44,360 nucleotides of DNA from contig PFBB01000023.1 in NCBI GenBank assembly GCA_002773475.1, positions 1-44,360 on the forward strand, read 5' to 3'. The stretch comes from Candidatus Harrisonbacteria bacterium CG10_big_fil_rev_8_21_14_0_10_44_23 (lineage in GTDB: Bacteria; Patescibacteriota; Minisyncoccia; UBA6257; 1-14-0-10-44-23). The notes below the pieces were generated by a model. It worked only from the letters and a program-made list of their open reading frames with translations. It made no database searches and had not been told where the DNA came from. Position numbers and translations under genes: made by a program. Within the stretch, counting starts at the first letter, position 1. Each line of letters starts with the position of its first letter. Positions 32,674 to 40,282 of the stretch are shown piece after piece.

Positions 32674-32805
32674 AGTCCCGTTCAGAAGATTTTCTACAAA
32701 CATCTTCACCGGGCAGGCTCAAATTGCTTGAGACCGTGGTCTCGATGCTGCGGCCGCCCACCTAGTTTTTACTAGGATTTCTATGAACGGGACTCCCGAA
32801 AGGGA
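32674..32805 (+). ncRNA. candidate structured RNA or multi-hairpin element (unknown class)
   Basis: An 11-bp closing stem AGTCCCGTTCA (32674-84) / TGAACGGGACT (32784-94) encloses hairpins GAAGAT..ATCTTC (32685-707), GAGACC..GGTCTC (32730-43) and CCTAG..CTAGG (32761-76), followed by TCCC-GAAA-GGGA. A TATAAT lies at 32661-66. The strand is assumed. Confidence 0.3.
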
Positions 32806-32815
32806 ATAAACAATA

Positions 32816-32853
32816 CCCTTACTCCATAACTCTATAGAGTTATGGAGTAAGGG
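32816..32853. repeat. 38-bp perfect palindrome upstream of the ArsR-type gene
   Basis: CCCTTACTCCATAACTCTA|TAGAGTTATGGAGTAAGGG. It ends 11 nt before the ATG at 32865. Confidence 0.9.
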
Positions 32854-32864
32854 TAGATAATTTC

Positions 32865-33146
32865 ATGGCAAAAAGTAGAGATCAATATCATCGGATGCAG
32901 AGATTCGTGCGAGGGTTTTCCAATCATCGGCGAATTGAAATTCTGTTGTATTTAAATGAGCACAAAGGGGCGTCGGTGGTTGATGTTGCAGAAGCTTTGG
33001 GCGTTAAGCTAAATACAATTTCTGCACACGTCATACGTTTAGCAAATGCGAATTTGGTATGGAAACATTCCGACGGTGTTGCCGCTAAATGCGAGTTGAG
33101 TAGGGAGGGGGAGAGTGTGGTTAAATTCCTCAAACTTTTTTTGTAG
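32865..33146 (+). CDS. ArsR/SmtB-type winged-HTH transcriptional regulator (93 aa)
   Basis: FSNHRRIEILLYLNEHKGASVVDVAEALGVKLNTISAHVIRLANANLV is a typical ArsR HTH core. Confidence 0.7.
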   Translation: MAKSRDQYHRMQRFVRGFSNHRRIEILLYLNEHKGASVVDVAEALGVKLNTISAHVIRLANANLVWKHSDGVAAKCELSREGESVVKFLKLFL

Positions 33147-33167
33147 TGTCTTTTGTGTTTTAATCTT

Positions 33168-33199
33168 CTACTCCATAACTCTATAGAGTTATGGAGTAG
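33168..33199. repeat. 32-bp perfect palindrome, second copy of the same 30-bp core
   Basis: CTACTCCATAACTCTA|TAGAGTTATGGAGTAG. The core TACTCCATAACTCTATAGAGTTATGGAGTA is identical to 32820-32849. Confidence 0.9.
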
Positions 33200-33269
33200 G
33201 GGGGGTGGAGGTTTTAAGGGATTTGTATTAGATTAGAATAGCGGCTGCGGAAATGCGGCCGTTTAGTTT

Positions 33270-35057
33270 ATGGATAAAATAAGAAACTTTGCTATTTTCG
33301 CGCATATTGATGCAGGGAAGAGCACTTTGGCGGACAGAATGCTAGAAATCACCGGAACAGTTGAGGCGCGCAAAATGCAGGCGCAGATTTTGGATTCCAT
33401 GGACTTAGAAAGAGAACGAGGGATAACCATTAAGATGGCGCCAGTGAGGATGGACTATAAAGGCTATATTTTAAACTTGATTGATACGCCGGGGCACAGT
33501 GATTTTGGTTACGAGGTGAGTCGCGCCCTAGAAGCAGTGGAGGGTGGATTGTTGCTGGTGGATGCCACTCAAGGAATTCAGGCGCAAACTTTGGCCAACT
33601 TTGAAAATGCAAAAAGGGCTGGACTAAAGATTATTGGAGCGGTAAACAAAGTTGATGTGGCCTCACCAGATCAAGTTGATAGCGCGGTTTTAGATTTGGC
33701 GGAACTATTGGACGCTGACCCAGATGAAATAATTAAAACTTCTGGTAAAACTGGCGATGGGATTGAGCTGCTATTGGAAAAATTAATTCAAGAAGTGCCA
33801 GCGCCAGGGGATCGAGATTTTAAAATTTCCGCTAGTCGCGCTTTAATCTTTGATTCTCAGTACGATGAACACCGAGGAGTGATTGCTTTTGTGCGAGTGT
33901 TTTCGGGGAGTTTTAAACTTAATGGAGATTATGTTTTTGTGGCCACTGGCGCAAAGTTTAAGGCAAAGGACACGGGATATTTTAAACCAGACTTCTTTAC
34001 TGCTGAAGAAATAAAGAATGGAGAAATCGGCTACATCGCAACGGGAATTAAGGATCCGGACATGCTTAAAATCGGAGATACGGTCTCAGATGTTCGCGAA
34101 GGCGAAGACCTGCTCTTGCCGGGATATCGGGAGGTGAAACCGGTGGTGTTTGTCAGTTTTTATCCAGAAGATGCGAGCGACTATGATGATTTTGTAAAAG
34201 CGCTGGGAAAGCTGAGACTATCAGACAGTGCTTTGGTGTTTGAACCAGACAAAAGCGAGGTATTAGGGAGAGGATTTAAGGGGGGATTTTTAGGCCGACT
34301 GCATTTTGAAATCACAGCGGAAAGACTTGAGCGGGAATTTGATATTAATACCATCTCCAGCTTTCCTTCGGTGGCATATCGAGTGAGAACTAGAGCGGGG
34401 GGTGATTGGCTAACTATCAACAACCCCAAAGATTTTCCTGATGACTACGTTGCGGTTGAGGAGCCGGTGACAAAGATTGAGATTTTGGTTAAGCCTCAAT
34501 ACTTAGGGGCAATTTTGGGCCTCACCGATCTATATCGATTGAGCGAGATAGAGACTACTAATTTAGGAAGCGAGCGAGTGAAAATTAGCGCCAAACTACC
34601 TTTGGCTGATTTAATTTCTGATTTTGATGACAAGCTTAAATCAGTTTCGGCCGGTTTTGGCTCTTTGAGTTATGAGGTGGTTGGATATCAGGCGGGGGAA
34701 TTGGGAAAGATGGAGATCTTAGTGGCGGAAAATGTAATCCCTGGATTAACTAGAATTTTACCTAAAGAAGACTTGTATTTTGAGGCAAGGCGAACGGTGG
34801 GGAAACTCAAAGATCTTTTGCCGAAGATTCAGTTTAAGCAAGCAATTCAAGCGAAAACAAAAGGCCGGATAATTGCGCGAGAAACGATCGCGGCTCTGAA
34901 GAAAGACGTGACGGGATATTTGTATGGCGGAGACCGAACGCGAAAGATGAAACTTTGGAAGAAGCAGCAAAAAGGAAAGAAGAAGCTTCTGGAGAGGGGG
35001 ACTCAAGGGAATATCCATATTCCGGCGAAGGTTTTTCAAGAACTTTTGAAGAAGTAG
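33270..35057 (+). CDS. lepA: translation elongation factor 4 (LepA)
   Basis: IRNFAIFAHIDAGKSTLADR, DTPGH and NKVD GTPase motifs, plus the LepA C-terminal region. Confidence 0.96.
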   Translation: MDKIRNFAIFAHIDAGKSTLADRMLEITGTVEARKMQAQILDSMDLERERGITIKMAPVRMDYKGYILNLIDTPGHSDFGYEVSRALEAVEGGLLLVDATQGIQAQTLANFENAKRAGLKIIGAVNKVDVASPDQVDSAVLDLAELLDADPDEIIKTSGKTGDGIELLLEKLIQEVPAPGDRDFKISASRALIFDSQYDEHRGVIAFVRVFSGSFKLNGDYVFVATGAKFKAKDTGYFKPDFFTAEEIKNGEIGYIATGIKDPDMLKIGDTVSDVREGEDLLLPGYREVKPVVFVSFYPEDASDYDDFVKALGKLRLSDSALVFEPDKSEVLGRGFKGGFLGRLHFEITAERLEREFDINTISSFPSVAYRVRTRAGGDWLTINNPKDFPDDYVAVEEPVTKIEILVKPQYLGAILGLTDLYRLSEIETTNLGSERVKISAKLPLADLISDFDDKLKSVSAGFGSLSYEVVGYQAGELGKMEILVAENVIPGLTRILPKEDLYFEARRTVGKLKDLLPKIQFKQAIQAKTKGRIIARETIAALKKDVTGYLYGGDRTRKMKLWKKQQKGKKKLLERGTQGNIHIPAKVFQELLKK

Positions 35058-35068
35058 CTCGAAAGGGG

Positions 35069-35096
35069 TTGACTTTTCCTGTAAATCTGCTATACT
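35069..35096 (+). promoter_or_regulatory. near-consensus promoter (TTGACT, 16-nt spacer, TATACT)
   Basis: -35 at 35069-35074 and -10 at 35091-35096, located 12 nt after the lepA stop. Confidence 0.5.
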
Positions 35097-35102
35097 ACCC
35101 AA

Positions 35103-35192
35103 GTAATGAGTTTACGACTTATTCCTCAGCGCTTGCGTTAAGGAATGAGCTCTGACAAATTGTGGCAAAAGATCCCGCTTGCGGGATTTTTT
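35103..35192 (+). ncRNA. candidate ~90-nt sRNA or leader (promoter to terminator)
   Basis: Between the promoter above and the terminator ATCCCGC-TT-GCGGGAT plus TTTTTT (35172-35192). It has an internal 9-bp hairpin CTTATTCCT/AGGAATGAG. It also contains an 11-codon ORF, MSLRLIPQRLR. Confidence 0.35.
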
Positions 35193-35199
35193 GTTTCTT

Positions 35200-35274
35200 G
35201 AGGCAATGTTTAATTTATATTCTCGCGAATGGCAAAGAGCCAGTTTCGTTCGAACATAAATGAAACATTGCCTC
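35200..35274. repeat. long inverted repeat (19-bp stem with one mismatch)
   Basis: GAGGCAATGTTTAATTTAT (35200-18) pairs with ATAAATGAAACATTGCCTC (35256-74). Confidence 0.8.
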
Positions 35275-35434
35275 GTTAAGAAGTGCCGCGGGGTGATTGA
35301 CCGTTTATTTATATCGGCTATGCTATAATTATCTTGCGGTATTGGGTGCTTTGAGGGGCATCGTTTCACGTATACTCATTAAACACAATTTGTCTAGGAG
35401 TCTATACGGCGATGTCCCCCTGAGCATCGAATTT

Positions 35435-36373
35435 ATGTTTGAGAAAGACGTAGACTTAAAAAAGCTAAGTAATTACAAAATCGGCGGAAAAGCCGATTAT
35501 TTTGCTTCTGTTGGTGCAACGGAAGAATTGATTGAGGTGATTAAGGAAGCAAAAGAAAAGAATCTTGATATATTTATCCTCGGTGGAGGAACCAATGTTT
35601 TGATAGGTGATGATGGATTTAGAGGATTGGTGATAAAGCCAAATTTTTTAAGTCTTACTAATGATGGTGACGAATTAAAGGTTGGTGCCGGAGTGACGAT
35701 AAAAGATTTATTAAATTTTTGTATCGACAATTCGCTCTCTGGCTTAGAGTGGGCCGGGGGATTGCCGGGGACTGTCGGCGGGGCCATTTTTGGGAATGCT
35801 GGAGCTTTTGGGGGTGAAATGAAGGACAACGTGGCGAAGGTTGTGAGTGTGAACGTTGACGAGGGAGAACCAAAGGTGCTCGAGAGGAATAATGAGGAGT
35901 GCAAGTTTGGATATCGAGACAGTGTATTTAAAAAATTAGCGCAAACAGGAAAAAGGGAGATCATTACGGAAATAGAATTTGATCTAGAGTTGGGAGAGAA
36001 GCGAGAGATCGAAACGAAGATTCAAGAGAAGATTGATTATCGGCAAGCAAAGCAACCGCTAGAGTATCCGAATATTGGATCCATGTTTAAAAATGTGAAA
36101 TGGGATACTTTACCAGAAGAAGTGCAGGCTAGATTTTTAGAGAAAAAAAAGAATGACCCATTTCCGGTTTTGCCGGTGGCGGTTTTGATTGATGCGGCGG
36201 GATTAAAGGGCTCAAAAGAAGGCGGGGCGCAAGTTAGTGAGAAGCACCCGAATTTTATCGTGAATGTAGATAGTGCCTCTAGTGCGGATGTGAAGGCTTT
36301 GGTTGATAAAGTGCAAAATAAGATAAAGGCAGAATTTGGGGTTGAGCTGGATCGAGAGGTGATATTTTTATAG
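35435..36373 (+). CDS. murB: UDP-N-acetylenolpyruvoylglucosamine reductase
   Basis: KLSNYKIGGKADYF...ILGGGTNVLIGDDGFRGLVI (FAD-binding domain) and GSMFKN. I use the in-frame ATG at 35435, because the ORF-track start at 35297 adds 46 non-homologous residues across a promoter-like region. Confidence 0.88.
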   Translation: MFEKDVDLKKLSNYKIGGKADYFASVGATEELIEVIKEAKEKNLDIFILGGGTNVLIGDDGFRGLVIKPNFLSLTNDGDELKVGAGVTIKDLLNFCIDNSLSGLEWAGGLPGTVGGAIFGNAGAFGGEMKDNVAKVVSVNVDEGEPKVLERNNEECKFGYRDSVFKKLAQTGKREIITEIEFDLELGEKREIETKIQEKIDYRQAKQPLEYPNIGSMFKNVKWDTLPEEVQARFLEKKKNDPFPVLPVAVLIDAAGLKGSKEGGAQVSEKHPNFIVNVDSASSADVKALVDKVQNKIKAEFGVELDREVIFL

Positions 36374-36421
36374 TAAAATAAATTGAGGTGACTGCGGTAG
36401 TCATCGAAAGGAGTGTTTGTC

Positions 36422-36622
36422 GTGAAGGAGCTAAAGGCTCTTTGCCATATGCTTCTTAGCCGAGGTTGTTCACAAGCCTCAGTGCTGCGTTTCTTTTTCA
36501 AGGTCGCGTGGGTGCTAAAGCAGGAAGGTGGATGGGTGAGAGGGGTTATTCAGATCGATGACGAGACGATCCTCATTGACCTACCTAGCAAGAAATCTAT
36601 TAGCAACCCAAACCTGAATTAG
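36422..36622 (+). CDS. hypothetical protein (66 aa) in a G+C-rich islet
   Basis: GTG 8 nt after AAGGAG (36408-36413), followed by a 14-bp perfect hairpin. No motif recognised. Confidence 0.4.
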   Translation: MKELKALCHMLLSRGCSQASVLRFFFKVAWVLKQEGGWVRGVIQIDDETILIDLPSKKSISNPNLN

Positions 36623-36653
36623 GAGAGTCTCGCGCGATGGGAAAGAAGCGATT

Positions 36654-36685
36654 GTGAGCGTGCCAACCCTAGTTGGCACGCTCAC
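36654..36685 (+). terminator. 14-bp perfect hairpin after the islet ORF
   Basis: GTGAGCGTGCCAAC-CCTA-GTTGGCACGCTCAC. The following T-run is weak (GTAAATTTC). Confidence 0.5.
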
Positions 36686-36719
36686 GTAAATTTCAGCTTA
36701 GATAAACGTCAATATATTC

Positions 36720-37040
36720 ATGAAAATAAATATTAAATCTACCAACATGGAGCTAACTGATCCAATTAAAGCCCATGTTGAGGACAAAATTGGATCATTA
36801 AAAAAATATATTAGTCGGTACGACGAGGGGGATTCGGTGATTGTTGACGTTGAGGTGGGAAGACGAAATAAGCACCATAAAAAAGGCGAGGTGTTTCGCG
36901 CCGAGGCAAACCTAGATCTTCCGGGAAAGATGCTCAGAGCAGAGGAGCGAGACTACGATATCTATATTGCGGTAAACAAGGTTCGCGGCAAAATACAAAG
37001 AGAAATCAATAAATATAAGACGGAAAGAGGAGACAAATAA
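36720..37040 (+). CDS. hpf: ribosome hibernation promoting factor / RaiA family
   Basis: MKINIKSTNMELTDPIKAHVEDKIGSLKKY is a typical HPF/YfiA N-terminus. 106 aa, short form. Confidence 0.88.
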   Translation: MKINIKSTNMELTDPIKAHVEDKIGSLKKYISRYDEGDSVIVDVEVGRRNKHHKKGEVFRAEANLDLPGKMLRAEERDYDIYIAVNKVRGKIQREINKYKTERGDK

Positions 37041-37041
37041 A

Positions 37042-37069
37042 TTAATTATATAATTAATTATATAATTAA
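37042..37069. repeat. perfect 28-bp palindrome made of two ATTATATAAT units at 12-bp spacing
   Basis: Units at 37045-37054 and 37057-37066. Same unit and spacing as at 408-451. Confidence 0.9.
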
Positions 37070-37112
37070 ATTTGTATTTGATTGACGAGCTAAATCGGAG
37101 TATTGTTGTTTT

Positions 37113-39569
37113 ATGTTTGGATTGTTTGAATCAAAAGATGCCGAGATAAAACTGAAGCCAAAATTTAAAAAATTAGTAGAAGAGGTTAATTCACTGGAAG
37201 AGCAGATTTTAAAACTCTCAGATGAGGATTTAAAAAAGGAAACTGCTAATTTTCGATCTCAGTTGGCCGATGGTAAGACCCTAGAAGACATTAAAGCTAG
37301 GGCTTTTGCGGTTGTTCGAGAGGCATCAAGGCGAACTCTGGGGCAGAGGCATTATGATGTGCAGTTAGTCGGAGGAGCAATCCTTCACGAGGGGGCAATT
37401 GCGGAAATGAAAACTGGTGAAGGAAAGACCTTGATGGCAACTTTAGCGATTTATTTAAATGCTTTAGAAGGGCGAGGAGTCCACGCCGTTACGGTTAACG
37501 AATATTTAGCAAAGAGAGACACAGCTTGGATGGGCCAAATTTATGACTTTTTAGGAATGACGGTGACTTGTTTGGTCCACGAGGGGGCGGTGAAATATGA
37601 TGCTGACTTTAAACTTACTGCTGAGCAAATAGAGGAGCTAGACAAAAAACGAGACGAGCTTGGAAGCTTTTTGATCCAAGAGGACTTTTTAAGACCGGTT
37701 AGTCGTCGAGAGGCTTATCAATCAGATCTAACTTATGGCACCAATCATGAATTTGGTTTTGATTATTTGCGAGACAATTTGGCGCGATCGCAAGAGCAAC
37801 AAGTGCAGATGCGCTGGAGCGATGAGGGAGAGGCGTTGGGGGCGCGACATTTTGCCATTATCGATGAGGTGGACAGCGTATTAATTGATGAAGCAAGAAC
37901 TCCGCTAATTATCTCTGCGCCGGACAGCAAATCGAGTGATTATTACAAGGAGTTTTCAAAAGTAGTCTCTAGGTTGGAGGCCGGAGAAGATAAAGACTAT
38001 GAGGTGGACGAGAAGCAAAAGGCGGTAAGTATTTCTGAGAAAGGGATCGATAAAGTTGAGAAAGCTTTGGGGATTAACGATTTGTATTCTGCCGACAACT
38101 TGCGATTGACCCACTATCTACAGGAGTGTTTGAAGGCCTATGGATTATTTCACCGAGATCAGGAATATGTAGTAAAAAACGGCGAGGTGGTGATTGTTGA
38201 TCAATTTACCGGGAGGATGATGCCGGGGAGAAGATATTCTGGTGGGTTGCACCAAGCAATAGAAGCTAAGGAGGGGGTGGCGGTAAAGGAGGAGTCGCGC
38301 ACTTATGCAAGCGTTTCAATCCAAAACTATTTCCGGCTTTACACAAAACTTTCGGGGATGACGGGAACAGCCCAGACCTCGGCTGAAGAATTTCATAAAG
38401 TCTATGAGCTGGAGGTAGAAAATGTGCCAACTCACCGGCAATTAGTTAGAGAAGATAGGTCAGATTTGATTTATAAATCACTAGAGGCGAAATATAAAGC
38501 GATTGCGAAAGAGGCGAAGGAGAGGAGCGAAAAAGGACAACCGGTCTTAATCGGAACGGTTTCGATTGATAAAAACGAAGAGCTGGGACGATACTTAAAC
38601 CAAGCTGGGGTTAAGTTTGAAATGCTTAACGCAAAAAATAATGAAAAAGAAGGAACAGTAATCGCTCAGGCTGGGAGGTTTGGGGCAGTTACTGTTGCAA
38701 CCAACATGGCGGGTAGAGGAGTGGACATTATCTTGGGTGGTAATCCAGCCGTGGAGGAGGATGCAAAAAAAGTTAAGGAATTAGGTGGGCTGCACGTTAT
38801 TGGGACTGAGCGACACGAAAGCAGGAGAATTGATAATCAGCTCAGAGGCCGTGCGGGTCGACAGGGAGACCCAGGATCAAGCCAATTTTTCCTTTCAATG
38901 GAAGATGATTTGATGCGGGTATTTGGCGGAGAGAGGATTCGCAACCTAATGCAAAAGTTGCATCTACCAGATGATCAACCCATTCAGGCAAAAATGCTGA
39001 GCCGAGCGATTGAAAGCTCTCAAAGCAAAGTTGAGAGCCATTATTTTGAAGTGCGAAAGCACTTGCTGGAATATGATGACGTGATGAACAAGCAGCGCCT
39101 ATCGATTTATGATAGACGTCAAGAACTATTGAAAGAAAGAGCGCATCCGGAGGTTTTGGCAACTTTGGATACTTTTTGGATGGAACACTTAGAGCAAATG
39201 GATGCTCTAAGGGAGTCGGTCCGCTTGCGAGCTGTGGGACAAAAAGATCCGTTGGTGGAATATCGACGAGAGGGCCACGAAATGTTTCGGGCGCTGACAG
39301 CGGATTTTGATCAGTGGATGGAGGAAAATAAGGAGCGCATTGAGGCGGTGGCAATTAAGGCGGCAAAAGAGCACGGAGCGACCAAATCGATAGAAGAGGA
39401 GGTGGCGCTAAAAATGCAACATCAACACCAAGGAATGAATGCAGGAAAAGAGGTGGCAAGAAATCCAGTGAAAGCAGGAGAGAAGGTGGGACGCAACGAT
39501 CCTTGCCCTTGCGGGGCGAAGAAGTCAGATGGAGCTCCTATTAAGTACAAGCATTGTCATGGAGGGTAG
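37113..39569 (+). CDS. secA: preprotein translocase ATPase SecA
   Basis: MKTGEGKT Walker A, a DEAD-like DEVDSVLIDEARTPLIIS, GRQGDPG, and a C-terminal CPCG...KYKHCHG metal-binding tail. Confidence 0.97.
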   Translation: MFGLFESKDAEIKLKPKFKKLVEEVNSLEEQILKLSDEDLKKETANFRSQLADGKTLEDIKARAFAVVREASRRTLGQRHYDVQLVGGAILHEGAIAEMKTGEGKTLMATLAIYLNALEGRGVHAVTVNEYLAKRDTAWMGQIYDFLGMTVTCLVHEGAVKYDADFKLTAEQIEELDKKRDELGSFLIQEDFLRPVSRREAYQSDLTYGTNHEFGFDYLRDNLARSQEQQVQMRWSDEGEALGARHFAIIDEVDSVLIDEARTPLIISAPDSKSSDYYKEFSKVVSRLEAGEDKDYEVDEKQKAVSISEKGIDKVEKALGINDLYSADNLRLTHYLQECLKAYGLFHRDQEYVVKNGEVVIVDQFTGRMMPGRRYSGGLHQAIEAKEGVAVKEESRTYASVSIQNYFRLYTKLSGMTGTAQTSAEEFHKVYELEVENVPTHRQLVREDRSDLIYKSLEAKYKAIAKEAKERSEKGQPVLIGTVSIDKNEELGRYLNQAGVKFEMLNAKNNEKEGTVIAQAGRFGAVTVATNMAGRGVDIILGGNPAVEEDAKKVKELGGLHVIGTERHESRRIDNQLRGRAGRQGDPGSSQFFLSMEDDLMRVFGGERIRNLMQKLHLPDDQPIQAKMLSRAIESSQSKVESHYFEVRKHLLEYDDVMNKQRLSIYDRRQELLKERAHPEVLATLDTFWMEHLEQMDALRESVRLRAVGQKDPLVEYRREGHEMFRALTADFDQWMEENKERIEAVAIKAAKEHGATKSIEEEVALKMQHQHQGMNAGKEVARNPVKAGEKVGRNDPCPCGAKKSDGAPIKYKHCHGG

Positions 39570-39613
39570 CTTAAAAAATCATAAGCTGAGTGAAGCCCTG
39601 AGCTCGTCGAAGG

Positions 39614-40282
39614 GTGGAAGCGGAAAAAAATACAAAAAGTGTCATGGGAAATAAATTTGAAGATTTTCGAAGTCACGAAGCAGAAAATGAAAAGCGCGAT
39701 CAGGAAGAGCTGTTTCAATCTTATTTTTACGATTTAGCGCTTAGTCCGGAAGATTTTGGGAAGTTAATTTTAGACGTAGGAGGAGGGAGGGGCGGTTTTG
39801 CTAGTTGGGCGAGGGAGCATAATTTAAGCGACGACATATATACGCTTGATCCGGAGCTGAAAACAGACGAGAAAAACAAACTGTTTGCAGGACGGGTGGA
39901 GGAGCTGCCTTTTCAGAATGAGGTGTTTGACTTGGTGGTTTCGCATGCATCAATTCCCCAGCTATTCTCCGGTGGGCGGTACGAAGAATTAGACAAAAAA
40001 CAGTTGGTCGAGAGCGCTGTGAATGAAATGTTGAGAGTTTTGCGAACGGAGGGGGAGATAAGGCTAGCGCCGCTTTCGCGGGGTGAGATACAAAATTGGC
40101 ATCGACCTGTTTGGGAGGTGTTAAGGACTGTTTTGGATAAGCTGCAAGAAGATGGATTGATTACTAGTGAAGAGGAGACGCTTGGGAAAGCCCCAACAAG
40201 ATTTAATAAAAACGGCGAAGCGATAGAGGGATCAGAGGAGGAGAAGATTTTAATAAAGATTAAAAAGATGCATGGAAAGTAG
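39614..40282 (+). CDS. class I SAM-dependent methyltransferase
   Basis: Motif I ILDVGGGRGGFASWA and post-I/II FDLVVSHASI. The start is uncertain (GTG 39614 per the ORF track, or ATG 39644). Confidence 0.7.
   Translation: MEAEKNTKSVMGNKFEDFRSHEAENEKRDQEELFQSYFYDLALSPEDFGKLILDVGGGRGGFASWAREHNLSDDIYTLDPELKTDEKNKLFAGRVEELPFQNEVFDLVVSHASIPQLFSGGRYEELDKKQLVESAVNEMLRVLRTEGEIRLAPLSRGEIQNWHRPVWEVLRTVLDKLQEDGLITSEEETLGKAPTRFNKNGEAIEGSEEEKILIKIKKMHGK

Noticed and set aside
35112-35434. 85-aa minus-strand ORF (35112-35369) and the 46-codon N-terminal extension of murB from 35297
   Set aside because: Both cross the terminator, the long inverted repeat or promoter-like elements. MurB homology begins at MFEKDVDLKKLSNYKIGG (ATG 35435).
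36037-36501. 154-aa minus-strand ORF overlapping the murB 3' end and the islet
   Set aside because: It is antisense to murB and to the SD-led islet ORF, with no start signals.
38842-39354. 170-aa minus-strand ORF inside secA
   Set aside because: It is antisense to a conserved part of secA and gives a Pro-rich, low-complexity translation.
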